Notes: a model not told the origin generated them from the letters alone. A stretch of 64,000 nt of DNA from Octopus sinensis (GCF_006345805.1 NC_042998.1:171554001-171618000), one strand, 5' to 3'; shown: positions 40,317 to 54,485, counted from the stretch's first letter. Made by a program: numbers and translations.

Positions 40317-40784
40317 TTCTTTCTAATTTTGGCATAATGCCAGTAATTTTTAGGTTGGAGACAAATCAGTTGTCTCCAAATCAGTTACATCAACTCCTGT
40401 ATTTGACAGGTACTTTATTTTATTGACCCCCCCCCCCCCGAAAGAACAAAAGGTAAATTCAACCTTACCACAATTTGAACTCAGAATGTAAAGAAGAAGA
40501 AGAAATGCCACTAAGTATTTTGTCTGGTACACTAATGATTCTCTGAGCTTATCACATTATTGATAAAATTGATAATTCTTACTACTATATGCACAAGGCC
40601 TGAAGTTTTGTGGGGAGGAGCTAGTCAACCATATCAATCAATATCAATGTATCAGTCATATCAATACTAGTCAATACTTGACTTGTACTTATTTTATTGA
40701 TTCCCAAAAAGATAAATGGCAAAGTCACTCTCAACAACATTACAACTCAGAATAGAAGACTGGAAGAAATGCCACTAAACCATC

Positions 40785-40838
<54 letters not shown>

Positions 40839-40841
<3 letters not shown>

Positions 40842-41515
40842 TGCCTTAATGCAATACCAGGCAGTGGCTCTCATAGCTTCTGATCTTAACTGATTGATAG
40901 TGTTATCATGTACATTGATTTATCTTGGTATAAGAGATGGGCTACAGCAAATATTCTGTTCAATACCACAGATTTGCTTGTCAGTCATCTGAGCTTAACT
41001 AGTTGAGCATGTCCCTTAGGTGGCTGACGATATGTGCAGCTCTGATCACAAGCAGAAACAAAGTTGGGTGTGGAGTGAACACACACACACACGCATGCGC
41101 GCACACACACACACACACACATGCATGCGCGCACACACACACACATGCATGCACGCACACACACAAACACATAAAGTAGTTGGGGGGCATCATAACCATG
41201 TGTTGAGAGAAATTCTTTGTGGTTTGGATAATTCACCTTTGGAAACATGGGTGTTTTATTCATCATCCTTAAACAACCCTTGTTCAGGGACCTTTTGAGT
41301 GGGATGGGCTAATCGACTTGAAGAAAAATTATAACTGGGTCCCACCTGCAAGGTCATGCGCTGTTTATCTTGATATGAGATCACCATGTCATGTACATAT
41401 GGTTGTGATGCATGTGCCTGCTGTACCCTTATCAGACAGATAGTCACGATGGGTATACTGGGCTTTGCATATTTTACCCCAGTGTCACCTTGATGGCTGC
41501 ACTGCTCTCTCACTC

Positions 41516-41516
<1 letters not shown>
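40839..41516. mobile_element. Interspersed repeat family D, copy 2 (inverted, with a CA-repeat insertion)
   Basis: Reverse complement of 35378-35936 plus a CA-rich block at about 41079-41167. Confidence 0.8.
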
Positions 41517-41556
<40 letters not shown>

Positions 41557-41575
41557 TAATAATAATAATAATAAT

Positions 41576-41606
<31 letters not shown>

Positions 41607-42483
41607 TGGTTTCAAATTTTGCCAAAAGGGCAGCCATTTTGGGGGAGGGAATGAGTCAATTAAATTTGCAAACCCCCCCCCCCCCTCAGTATTTCACTGG
41701 TACTTAATTTATCAACCACAAAAAGATGAAAGGTAATGTCAACCTCGGTGGAATTCGAACTCAGAATGTAAAGATGGACAAAATGCTGCTAATCATATTG
41801 CCCACAACTCTGCCAGCTTGCCTCCTTGATGATGATGATGATGATAACCATGAAAACTAATAGCTGTTGTTAGCCACATGTATAGAGTTGACAACCATCC
41901 ACTAATAAGTAAAAGCCACTCTAAACTCTTATTACAAATCTTCATTGAACTAATAATTTATACTTGTGTTTATCTTTTCATTATATATATATATTATACA
42001 TGTGTGGTGCATATAACTATTGGCAAATTCAGTTGGTCTAAATCTAATATTTTCCAATTCTAATTGAGTATCTACACTAATTTGTTTTTAAGATAGAATA
42101 ATTCTCAGTAGCACTGTGAAATAAAGATGATGACTATTACAAGACTAATAGTGGTGTTTCATTCATGTTAGAATTTGTTGAGATCCCTAAAAGTTAGTAA
42201 AGTCAGGGGATTATATATGCATGTGTGATATGGTATGTGTTATATGGGTTTGGAAAGAATAAAGTTGTGGTTAATTGTAGGATTTTGCTGTCAAGTGGTT
42301 GGTCAATAAGCTATGAAACATTATGAATTATTCAGGGAGATAAAGAGAGTGGGGCAATGGTGTGGAGAGCAGAAGGAATAGTAGTATTTGAGGTGGAATT
42401 AGATTATTTGGCAAGCCAACAAATAAATAGATATGCAGATAGATGGGAGAGAGAGAGAGCATAGTATTGTTTAGGTTGAAAAG

Positions 42484-42515
<32 letters not shown>

Positions 42516-42789
42516 TAGATAGATAGATAGATAGATGTGCCAAGGTCTAAACTGGAACAGTTATTAAGAAAAAGTATAAAGAAAAAAGGGAGTGAGAAGG
42601 GCTGAAAGTAAAGTAAATAAAATAGATAATATAAATAAATAAATGGAAATAAAGAAAATGAGGCAAATGAAAGGAAATTGTATTTATTTTATTTAAAAGA
42701 TACCTGGCATAAAGATTCACTTTTAGTTACTTGATGTGTTCTTTGCTCTCTACTTTCTTCTACTCTTTTCAGGTTTGTCTTTTAACTTT

Positions 42790-43190
42790 TATGGTTCTAC
42801 CCATCATACTATTCCCCCTGTGTCACATTCTGCCAAGATGGAACATTCCCAAGCCATAGATCTTATCTCTTGCAACAGTTTGTCACATGTTGTACTCCAT
42901 GTTGCAAATCTCTATCTATCCTTCCCCACCCCCATCATAATTGTTTCTGACCCTACATCTGGCTGCAGTGTCTTTCAGCTTCCATACTTTTCTTTGCATG
43001 ATTGTTTTGTGTTTCTGATTCCATCTAGCTCTTATCTTCAGGTCTCTGATCAGCAATCTATTCTGGGTGGTGCATTTTCCATCAGGAAAGGACTCAGTGT
43101 TCACAACCAGCTACTTCTCATGTTTCCTGGTCGTTATGAAGACTACAGGCATCTACGGCATTAGAGCTACCTCAGGGTACAGGGTTTTGC
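42790..43190 (-). mobile_element. RTE LINE fragment (end of the APE domain)
   Basis: FPDGKCTTQNRLLIRDLKIRARW..RKVWKLKD resembles RTE E.C..QH.LL..D...R..WKLKD. Confidence 0.65.
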
Positions 43191-43496
43191 ATTTATAGAA
43201 ATTGTAAAGTATGACCACTTATTTCAGGATATGGTCTGTAATTTCACTCTTATGGAAATTTATATGAATTTTTAACAAGTTAAAAACTATACTTTCTTCT
43301 TGAAAGGGCAGCTAATAATTTATAAAACTATAATCATGATATATACCTACATGTGTGTTGTGTGTGTCTGTGCGTGCACACTTGTGTGTGTGTCCTTGAG
43401 TGCCTGTATGTGCATCACTATAAACACAGTGTGATGGGGATCTTTTTTGTTGTAAATATTTGTGATGTTTCTTTATATTTTCTTGTGTCAGAATGA

Positions 43497-43563
<67 letters not shown>

Positions 43564-43750
43564 ATATATATATATATATATATATATAGATGCAGGAGTG
43601 GCTGTGTGGTAAGAAGCTTGCTTCCCAACCACATAGTTATGGGTTCAGTCCCACTGCGTGGCATCTTCGGCAAGTGTATTCTACTATATCCTCGGGCCAA
43701 CTGATGCCATGTGAGTGGATTTGGTAGATGGAAACTGAAAAAAGTCCATC

Positions 43751-43785
<35 letters not shown>

Positions 43786-44829
43786 TGTGTGTGTTGTCTG
43801 TATTTGTCCCATCAACATCATTTAACAACCAGCCAAGGTTGGTGTGCTTACTTCCCCATAACTCAGTGGTTCGGTAAAAGAGACCGACTGAATAAATACT
43901 AGGCTTACAAAGAATAAGACCTGGAGTCAATTAGTTTGACTAAAGGCGGTGCTCCAGCATGACCACAATCAAATGACTGAAACAAGTAAAAGAATAAAAG
44001 AATATAAAATCAACCTTCACTGCTGCCACTATCTATCGTCAACAACAATACAACTAATATTAACACCAAAACTAATGACTGCCATTACCAACCCATCAAC
44101 TCCCTAATAACAGCAACAATAATGTGAACAACAACAGTAACAATTATATGAACAAGATTAAGTAAAATCCATCTAAAATAAAAGACAATCATAAAAAGTT
44201 GAATGAAGTGTCTTTGAGCTGAGCAACAACAATACAATTAACATGAATACCGCTGGACTGACTCCTGTGCAGGTGTCATGTAAAAAACACCATTTTGAGC
44301 GTGGCCGTTGCCAGTATCGCCAGACTGGCCCTTGTGCCGGTGATATGTAAAAGCACCCACTACACTCTTGGAGTGGTTGGCGTTAGGAAGGGAATCCAGC
44401 TGTAGAAACTCTGCCAGATCAGATTGGAGCCTGGCGCAGCCATCTGGTTTGCCAGTCCTCAGTCAAATTGTCCAACCCATGCTAGCATGGAAAGCGGACG
44501 TTAAATGATGATGATGATGAATACAACTAGCATCACCACAACCAGTACCAAACCATCAAATTTGGAATGACTAATAAGTGACAGTGATAATAGTTTTAGA
44601 TTGATAGCAATGCCTGTAGCTATATATCTTTTATACTAACACAACAGAGTTTTTTGTGTGTTTATGAGAGAGAAGTGAGAGAGTAGAAAGTGGTGATTTT
44701 GTATCTCAAGTCAGAGGTTAGAGACTTCTGGAAGAAGTTCAATATAACGGATGCTGTAGATAACATAACTGAGTCATGGGATGAAGTGAAACTTTCAACT
44801 TTGAATGTTACTTAGAAAAATATATTTAT

Positions 44830-45138
44830 TTATTTATGCGCCCTTTTCAAGCTTAGCATGGCTCATGGGCCTGGTTTCCCAGTTTTTGTGATGTATGTGT
44901 TCCCCCAGCTGGACGGGACACCAGTCCATTGCAGCGTTACTCAAGAAACAGGAAGAAAGAGTGAGAGAAAGTTGGGGCGAAAGAGTACAACAGGGGTCGC
45001 CACCACCCACTGCCGGAGCCTTGTGGAGAATTAGGTGTTTTCGCTTAATATACACACACAACACCCGGTCTGGGGATCGAAACCGCAATCCTCTGACTGT
45101 GAGTCCGCTGCCCTAACCACTGGGCCATTGTGCCTCCA
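44830..45138 (-). mobile_element. tRNA-derived SINE, family E
   Basis: Minus-strand head ggaggcacaatggcccagtggttagggcagcggact ... ggtttcgatccc has Pol III box A and box B, followed by a non-tRNA body. Confidence 0.75.
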
Positions 45139-45185
45139 CTGAAAAATTTATGGCAATAGTGAAAAAATAAAAGTGTAAAACTCAC

Positions 45186-45325
45186 CTTCTTTATTGCAGA
45201 AATGACAACCTGATCTGTGTCCAATGTCAAGAAATTCCTGTTTATTTGAGTTGCATATTTTGTAACAATCAATGGACAGTTAAGATTGTATGCCTGTCTG
45301 ATCACACCACTTTCCTGCAAACTTC
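45186..45325 (-). CDS. MAN2C1: MAN2C1 window exon 7
   Basis: Acceptor tcttttatag, donor gtgagt; (G)SLQESGVIRQAYNLNCPLIVTKYATQINRNFLTLDTDQVVISAIKK, 140 nt, phase 1-0. Confidence 0.95.
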
Positions 45326-46423
45326 CTATAAAAGACAACAAGATTATAATAACAGTAAAGCAAAGTGACAGTGTGTTTTGTTCTTTGTGTAAGTTTGAAT
45401 ATATATGTGTGTGTGTATGAATGTATATGCTGCTCTTGAGGAAGGTGCTGTGACTATGGTGTTTGTAGGCATTTCAAGACATTTAAGGTTAGTGTGGTTG
45501 ATGGTCTTCTTGAATAGCTAAGAGGATGACTGCAAGAAAAACATGGGCAGAAAGGTAATTCCAGAAGTCTAATATTATAGGAAGAAAAAATTGGAACTTG
45601 TGACAAAAACTGAATTCAAAAACCACCTAGGAATAGAGGAATGCCTTTCATTGGTTGATTCACTGTCAAAGCTACATTAAGTGGATTTGTAACTTGCAGA
45701 AAAGAACTTTTTCACAATTTTGCCAACTGAGACAAAGCAGTATTTAAAGAAACTCAGCCATTTTAGTTGCCATCATGTTATATGTGGTTGATTTTGACTG
45801 GTATGAATTTGAAAACCCATCTAGAAGAGCAGTAGTTCTGGATGAGAACTGACTCAAATCACAGTGACCTATCCAACCTATACCAACATGGAAAGCAATG
45901 ATGACGATAATGGATAGGTTGTCATTGATGACAATGGACTCGTTTTAGAAAGCCGCCCTAATGCATGTCAGATGAGTGAAAATAAAAGCAAAACTAAAAG
46001 AACAGTTTACACTGTTACATTTCAATTTTAAGATATGTTTATCATATACAGATTGGTGCCAATTAGCACCATGCAGCTGTTCTTGTTGGCAGGTGGCATT
46101 AGTATACTAATAAGGATAGTCTCCTTAATCTTTTAATTGTCAATATTCTATTCTATAGCTTTGATGGTGACTATAATCGCCTGATTAGAGCATTTTTTTT
46201 TGTCTAACAGAAGAAGCATTTATATGATGGTCATTATCATAAAAGAGCAGTTTATAAATAATACTTTTGCTACAGGATCCTATATGTTTATTTACACAAT
46301 ATTTAAATAAGTCCATATAAGTCTACAAAAACTCATGGGGATCATTGGTTAGTGTGCATACATTGTCATTGTTGTGTGTGTATGGGGGTGAAATTATAAC
46401 TTGATTCCCAAACAAAAATTTTC

Positions 46424-47504
46424 TTAACCCTTTCGTTACCAAACCGCCCTAAAAAAATTTTGGTTAATGTGACCAAACCGCCCAAAGCTGCCCGAATTTA
46501 CCTATTCATATTTAAATGAGAATATCAGAGCAAATCTCTTTAGTACATTCGTGAAAATACATATACTTCGTAAAGAGTTCAACTACAGTTTTGTACAAAA
46601 ATCGAAGTGTAATTTTAATTCCGTGAATTTTGGGAGATTTTTTTTCCGAAATTTGTTCCTATTGTGTTTTCAAAATTTGTAATTCTGACAAAAAATGGAT
46701 ACGAATTTCATTATATCAAGCAGCGAGTCAGAATTCGAAGGATTTTCTACTGAAGACCTTCATAAATCTAACTCTATGACTGAAAAAAAAAGCACGTGGT
46801 ATTTGATAATGAATCTGATGTTTCATTTTCCGAAAGTGAAAACAGTGAATCCGAGAGCTCCGACAGCGATAAAGAAAATGAATTGGCACCTGAATGGAGT
46901 GAAAATTTAAAAACTGTTTCTTTTGGTGATTTTTCTGAAGAAACTGGACCAAGCCACAGACTTTCCCAGAAGAGTAAAGCCTTAGACTATTTCTTTTTAC
47001 TTTTTCGAATGAGCCTATTTGAAATCATTATGGTGGAAATGAACCGTTATGCTAAATGTAAACAAAACGAAAGAAAAGATAGTTAGTGGTTTCCCATAAC
47101 CTTAAATGAAATTAAGACTATTTTGCCATAAATATTATTATGGGTATCAGAAAGTTACCCAGAATAACAAATTCTATCATAAAATTTTGTTGTATACCCA
47201 ATTGAATATTAGCTAATAACCCATTTTCTATTGCAATGTTTGAACAAAATTTTAATAATTTTATATTTTGTTGAATTTACCTGTATCTACATGCAATTAG
47301 AGTCACTTTGTGACAAAAATTATAGTATAGGATTGGTTGAGAACATTTCATTAAATTATCTTCCAAAATTCACGTTAATATATTGATAAATAAAAAAGTT
47401 ATAGTTGTTTAATGAAACCAGACTAAATTTATGATTATGTTAGAAATTAATTGAAACACATAAGGGGTGTATTTTGGTCAGAAATATAGTAATGAAAGGG
47501 TTAA
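46424..47504 (+). mobile_element. Internally deleted piggyBac element with TTAA target duplication
   Basis: TTAA-ccctttcgttac ... gtaatgaaaggg-TTAA; acidic Ser-rich N-terminus then WSENL..FSEETGP..LDYFFLLF..IMVEMNRYA..W..ITLNEIK (PGBD-like); no catalytic core. Confidence 0.88.
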
Positions 47505-49059
47505 TGAAGGTCTAGCTAATATATTTCAGCTGTATATTCAGTCCCTTCCTATGGATCACCTGAAGGATTATGGCAGTAGTTTTAAAAGCAGTTATTGTCT
47601 CTGGGGATGAGAAGTTTGGGATTATATTATAAGTCCAGTGTCTGATAAAAGATATAGGGTAACTCTTTCCCAATTGCACCCTATAATGTTGATGCTTCTA
47701 TCTCCTGCTTCACTGCATCTGATGTCAATAAGAGACAGCTTTCATTCTGTACATAAACTGTGCCTGGCTAAATTTATTATCATGGTAAATTTGATCAATT
47801 TATCAGAGACAAGTGAAGATTGATTGCCAGATAAATTTCAGAAAACACTGCTTTCAATGCAGTGTCATCCCTAATGCAGGGACTAGTCAAGTGATATTAT
47901 CCCAAACATAACACATTCATGGACATTCATTCATTTAAATACTCTTGTTTGATGAGTTATAAAAGCTTCCTAAGCTTCTCACAAATTTCATGCTTAAAAA
48001 GCTTCTATGATACCTTCATGTACTGCTCCATCAATACATCCCAGAAAATTAAAATCTGAAATTATAACGTGATCCATTGCCATACTTATCTGATATTAAC
48101 CAATTTTACTATAAAATAAGAAATATCTCACACACAAATCCCTTCAGATTTAAAATAAGCACAACCATATTGGTTCTTCCTATCACAGTCACTTTGTTAA
48201 CTTCATCAACAGCCATACCATCCCTGCAATCAACATCACAGATACATGGTATTTTGGTGTTACTCAACCATTTGTCACTGGTCTCACTGGGTCTTTTTCA
48301 CTAACACAACCGTAACAGCTAAGCTTCAGCCAAAATTCATCTCAACCCAGTGAGTTAATAACAAGCTTCAACTTGGATATAGAAACTAACTTTTGTAGAA
48401 TCCTTGACAAGTTAAATTGATGTCAGCTCTGAAACCAATCTCTATTTTAACTAAATGTCTACCTACTATCTAAATAATTCACTCTACCGTCCCATAATCA
48501 GCTCCCAATATCTATGATGTAAAGACCTCGTCTATACACTTTAAATGAAGGGAGAGAATTCTGCATCATTGTAAAGAAACATACTATGAGCAAGTGATTG
48601 GATACTTAAATACTATGCTGTAAGAAACTGTCACTACTGTCACACTGAACCATTTAAACTGCAGAGAATTATTCAGTAAAATTAAATTAAATTTTACCAT
48701 AATGATGCACAAACTTGGATCCAAGATAAATAGTAGACTTATCACCATAGAATGACTCCATTTAAAATATCCTTAACTCCTTTCCCAAATCCTCAAACCT
48801 CTTTTCCCTATTTTTCCTGGACACATCAACAGCTCCAAACAAAGACTCAATGATCTAAACTCTAATACACTTAAACATAATAGATATGACTTTTGTCTAG
48901 ACATCATTTCCCTCCATACCATTGAACTTGCTCTCTTAGCTTTCAACTTCATAACAAAGAGCATCATTTCTTACTTTGGCTTCACATTGTCAATCATCCA
49001 TCAACTGATTATTATTGTGAACATACCTACTTCTATTTTAGTGACATCAGCAGTACCTA

Positions 49060-49600
49060 ACATGTCAAATCTATTAGGTTTCCTAGCCATCACATACAGA
49101 AGGAATAGAGCACTGCTACTCATGTGTCATCTTCTCCAGATATGTAGATGATATCCTCATGCAGTCTTCTTCTAGTGAGGAGGCAAACAGAATATATGGC
49201 ACACTCAGTGATGTCACAGGATTTGAAGTGAACATCCTAATGACACAGGATCTCTCTTAGTACTTGTCTACTAACACAGAATAACAGTGGAGAGATTCAT
49301 TAATAACCAACTTCCACAGTAAACTACCTGTTGGAGTCTGTTAGTGTACTATGGATCAACCCTACTAATCAATTCCAAACCACCTACATACAATATGAAG
49401 TGTCCCATATAAACAACAAGTGTAGTAACTTGGGGGATAAAACAGCAACTTCAAATATTTCCAAAAGATGCTAATGGATATCAGGTATCCAGCATCATTT
49501 ACCAGAGACCAAAAGAAGGTTCACATCTTTAATACTACTGTTCTTTGATGATAGAAATACTGCTACACTAATCACTACTTCTTGTACTTCTTCCCAGGAA
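49060..49600 (+). mobile_element. Penelope-like RT relic
   Basis: RYVDDILM at 49138-49161, then FEVEHPNDTGSL-like coding with frameshifts. Confidence 0.6.
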
Positions 49601-50663
49601 CATCATCCCTCTGGAATTCCCTCCCTACCCATAAGTCTTCTGTAGTTGTTCAAGAACAACTGTGTCCATCTCACTGGTCTCTGAGCTCCTGCAGAGGCCA
49701 TGGACACAACTGCTTCATGCAGACCAAACCATTAAAAAGAAAGATAGGCAAAATATCACAAAAAGAATGGGGAGAATAAGGGGAAAATCACTGGACAATG
49801 TGAGAGGTTATAAGAGGTAGAGGAAAACTTGAAAGGTGATGGGCAAAATGTAAACACACAAAGATTAATGATGAAAGTTGTACACAGTGAATTGTACACT
49901 AAAAAGAGGGAAAAAAGTAGACTGACATTTTGTGCCAATTTTTTTAATAAAAAAAGAAAAACGTTTCTGCTACAATTTTTATTATTTGATTAAATTATTA
50001 AATAATTTTCTTCATGGTATTGTAAATAAATTTTGCTGCAGTTTATGGTGCTACAGTTTCTGAATGGTTTTCTTTTAACTATCAGTTATATCTAAGATTT
50101 CTAAACTTGAATGTTTTAAACTGAAGAATGAAGCAGTATCAACATGTTAAAGAATTATGTGAGGGGGGGGGGGTTACGCATGTGCATGGGAAAGTGTGTT
50201 AGGTGTAAGTAAACAACTAATAAATAGACAGTCATACTGTGTGCCTGTTTGTATGCTTACACAAACAGGCATACAATATAACCATTGTAAAAGCCTTAAC
50301 TTTGATTTTCCTTACATTATAGGGGCTGGGTTTCAATTGAAAGTTGCTGAGACATATATATTAAGTAGAAGCATGATATTGCCCATGACAAGAGTTAGTA
50401 AAGATGTAAAAGGTTATCTGATTGTTGTTGATGATAATAATCATCAGTACCAATCAGTTCTGCATGAGCTGACATGTAGCATAAAAAGTAAAGAAGTAAA
50501 TAGTTAGGGGTAACGTGTAACTTTACACCTGGCATATGCCATATTTCTGTATGATCTGGGATAATGTTTTGAACTCTCTTATGCATGGCTAAGGCAACTG
50601 TAATCTCAAGTAGCAGATGAAGAGTGAGTCTGAATGGAGAAGATATACAGTTAACAAATTCTT

Positions 50664-50894
50664 ATTTCTTTATTGCCCACAAGGGGCTAAACATAGAGGG
50701 GACAAACAAGGACAGACAAAGGGATTAAGTTGATTACATCAACCCCAGTGCGTAACTGGTATTTAATTTATCGACCCCAAAAGGATGAAAGGCAAAGTTG
50801 ACCTCAGCAGAATTTGAACACAAGAGCGTAACGGCAGACGAAATACGGCTACACATTTCGCCCAGCGTGCTAAAGATTCTGCCAGCTTGCCACC
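50664..50894 (-). mobile_element. tRNA-derived SINE, family A (representative copy)
   Basis: Head ggtggcaagctggcagaatc, box-B-like gttcaaattc, tail gtgggcaataaagaaat. Other copies at about 424-551, 2217-2399, 3835-4046, 39590-39900, 40325-40780 and 41610-41830 (-) and 15395-15965, 21789-22420 and 35132-35337 (+). Confidence 0.85.
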
Positions 50895-51559
50895 TTAACA
50901 AGTTCTGAGGAACAGAAGCTACTGAAAGAGTGCTAAAAGACACAGAGAAGAAAGGGAAATTTGTCTGGATGGTCATTCACCCACTGACATTCATTGATGC
51001 TGCATCGAAGAAACCAAAGAACAAAAGAAAAAAGGAGAAAGAAAAAACGCACTCAACACCAGAGCTGAAGAAACCTCCAAAAGGTAATGGGGTGAGCTGC
51101 CATGTTGAAAACGGTTGAGGAGTAGGGGCTGAAACCTGACATGGTTCTTCCTGATGATGTCTTTAGCCACTGGATCCTATAAAAGAGCTGTTGAGGTAGC
51201 GAACCATGAAACATAGCTGGAATTCCCTCATACACAATTTCTTCTCTCTACCTCTTCAATAATCTCTGTCACCTATCCCCTTCACACAAGCTTACTTATC
51301 TTTCTTTCTCTCATCAATCTTACTGTCTTACCTTCTAGCACCTGCTCTAAAAATGTAACCCTATTTTTCCAGGAATTCTTTTGTTGCCCATGTTTTTCTA
51401 AAGATAATCATGCTAGACAATAACCACATTGATCTCACCAGTCTGGAAGCTTTCACAAAGTTTTAGGTACTGCACATCATCTGACAATTTTATATATATT
51501 TATATAGATATAGAACGACCATATTTTGTTGTCCTATGTTGCTGACAGTAAGAAAGACT

Positions 51560-52040
51560 AACACACAAGGGAAAAGCCTGGGTCTCCTATCATAGTGTTC
51601 ATAATACCTGGAAATTAAGTAATTTGGAGTCTACAAGGCTGCCCCACTTCAGAGCATGTGTAGAAAGCATTGTTCTTTATAGTGTTGAAACCTGGACTAT
51701 GAAGAAGAAATTGAAAATTGCCTTGTTGGTACGTCCACCACATACCTTGTGAGGATTCAATACATCACATGATGTGAGCACAAGACCACAGAGGAGATTT
51801 AAAGGCACATTCCATCCCTCTCCATTCAATGTGAGGAAGCTTTTCTAGACATTGCTATTGTGTTGAACATCAAGTAATTTTGGAGATTTCCATGCGCTAG
51901 TAGAGGATGAAGACAACTCAACTGTATTGAGATTATTGGCTGACACACAACATGAAACTGAGGACCTATCAAAGCTAAAAGGCAACAGTGATTTTTGGCA
52001 TAGCTTTGTGAAATGCATCTTTGTTGTGGATGCTTGAACA
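51560..52040 (+). mobile_element. RTE LINE 3' (post-RT) fragment
   Basis: FRACVESIVLYSVETWTMKKKL resembles the RTE LLYG.ETW motif; later LLADT..EDLSKL..DFWHSFV; multiple lesions. Confidence 0.65.
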
Positions 52041-52223
52041 AAAATACAAAGGTGGAAGAAATGAAACTTTATAAAATGATGTAATATCATTTCTAGATGT
52101 CTGTGGAGCATTGAACAATTACTGACTTTTATTGTGATGCTTAGAAAAGAAAACTAAATATTAGATAAACAACAGCTACATTGAAGCCGTCTTGTGTAGA
52201 AGTTAGCATACATAAACCATTAC

Positions 52224-52303
52224 CTTTATGTGGCATCAGAGCATATGTAAATTCATGGTTTAACATATCTGCTTCAGGATCAGGTGATTTTGGAGAGCGT
52301 AGC
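52224..52303 (-). CDS. MAN2C1: MAN2C1 window exon 6
   Basis: Acceptor atcttttag, donor gtaatg; (L)[26 protein letters not shown](G), 80 nt, phase 2-1; matches the LRAPKAPD...[10 protein letters not shown] motif. Confidence 0.96.
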
Positions 52304-52539
52304 CTAAAAGATGAACACAGATTTGATTAAACTGCTACTAAATATTCAAATGTTCTTTAATAGCCAGTAATAAACAGAAAATAAACAGTTCATTTATCTG
52401 GAACTAAACCAACAATAATATAACAATAGTATGTACACACACTCACAGAGGCTTCTTATAGCTTCTAACAGCTCAGGGACAGATATGCACACACATTCAG
52501 GAAATAGAGTGAATTTGTTTTTAATTTAGTAATTACTTT

Positions 52540-52892
52540 GCAGAGTTAATTCTTTTTACGGAGATGTACTTGCTTAGCAAGTGACCTGATCTGAGATTGT
52601 GTGCTGGAATGAAAACAATTGCAGCGTGGAAGGTGTTTATAAGCCATTTAAGAAACACACAAAAGCTGTTAGATTCACTTCAACATTCAAATTTAATTTG
52701 TCAAAATATTTTCGTCGCTTTGAGACTGCGACTTGTTCACTGCAGCACGGAATTTTGTCAGTGAACAGGTCACAGTCTCAAAGGGACAAAAATATTTTGA
52801 CACATTAAATTTAAATGTTGAAGTGAATATAATGGATTTTGTGTGTTTCTTAAATGGCTTATAAACACCTTCCATGCTGCAGAGTTAATTCT
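52540..52892. mobile_element. Hairpin-bearing insertion with 14-bp flanking direct repeats
   Basis: gcagagttaattct at 52540-52553 and 52879-52892; inverted arms 52621-52742 and 52759-52880. Confidence 0.75.
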
Positions 52893-53326
52893 GTTTTGAT
52901 TTTAAAGGAACATGGTCAAAGTTATGATTAGAATCACTGAGTCTATATTGAATCTGTAAACTAGTTACTAAATAAAAACCATCAATGTCATGCATCATTT
53001 TATGTCCATTCTCAATGTTACATATTTATATATATAGCAGGTATGGCTGTGCAACCAAGAAGTTCACTTCTCAACCATGTGATATGATTTTGAGTTCAGT
53101 TGTGTGGCACCTTGGGAAATTGTTTTCTACTTTAACCTAGGACTGGCTGACCAATATCTCATTATGAAGGTGAAAACTGTACAAAGCCCATGAGTAAAGA
53201 TATATATGTATATACATATATATCATTTAATAAGCGCCTGACTCATTTCCATGCAAACTGTTATTAAATAATATATGTAATTCCTACAAAATATGTTGAG
53301 TGCCACTTTCTTTAATTTGTCCAGTC

Positions 53327-53434
<108 letters not shown>

Positions 53435-54423
53435 TGAGGGAATATTATTCCAAACTTACAGACAAAAATTCAATTTAGAAATACTAAATCAAATCTCACA
53501 AAATATATTATATATATATAAATTAGATAAAACCACCTTTTATCAATTCAATAAGGAAAAATTAAATTACACCATCTAGAAAATTACAAATTATAGAAAG
53601 ATTAAATATAAGATAAAAAATATAACGAGATTAAGTAATGTGCAAAATAATAAATAAAATGTATGTATTTGGTAGAATAACGACACAAGTTTCGTAGCTA
53701 TATTTAAGAAATGATTATAGTAAAAATATTAGCAGTAGTAGTAAAATCACTTCAATATAAATATAGCCACTCGTCAGGTTAAAGATAACTACAACAATAA
53801 AATGATTAATTAATAAATATAGGAAAATTTTAAAATAGATCTATATATATATATATATATATATAAGATATAAAAAATACATTAAGTGAAAACTAAATAC
53901 CACACTTTAAACTATATACATTAAATCAGATTATTAATTAATATATTTATTTAATAAACATCCAAATAAAGTCTAATACCCATTAAGCAATTAATACTAA
54001 AAACCTTAATGTTAATATACACAATGCTAGTACAATCCATAAATACTGGAATCAAAACTAGGAAATGGTTCAAATATACACACACCCATTACATAAACTA
54101 ACTATATAATTAATATATATGTAGTATCTATAGATTTAATATATCACTCAATAATATAGTTGACCAAAATATCAATAAATATAAAAACTAATTTACGTAA
54201 AAGTAATACTACTTGATAAATATACCACCTAATTAATAAATAATGTATTGTCTAACAAGACTAATTCTCAAATTAAATTACATGTAATACGTTAAATCCC
54301 TTTATAAAAATAATAATAAATCATTCTAAATAAATAGATATCATAATTAATAACTATCATAACTTATAACTGTCAAAAAAATATACATAAAAATAATATT
54401 TCAACAACAACAATAATAAAAAC

Positions 54424-54485
<62 letters not shown>

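Noticed and set aside
45060-45138. tRNA gene
   Set aside because: Box A and B are present but run into a SINE body with no acceptor-stem closure or T-rich terminator; the same applies to the family A and B heads.
46695-47086. Acidic Ser-rich ORFs as a nested host gene
   Set aside because: Explained as the frameshifted N-terminus of the piggyBac transposase between TTAA-flanked TIRs.
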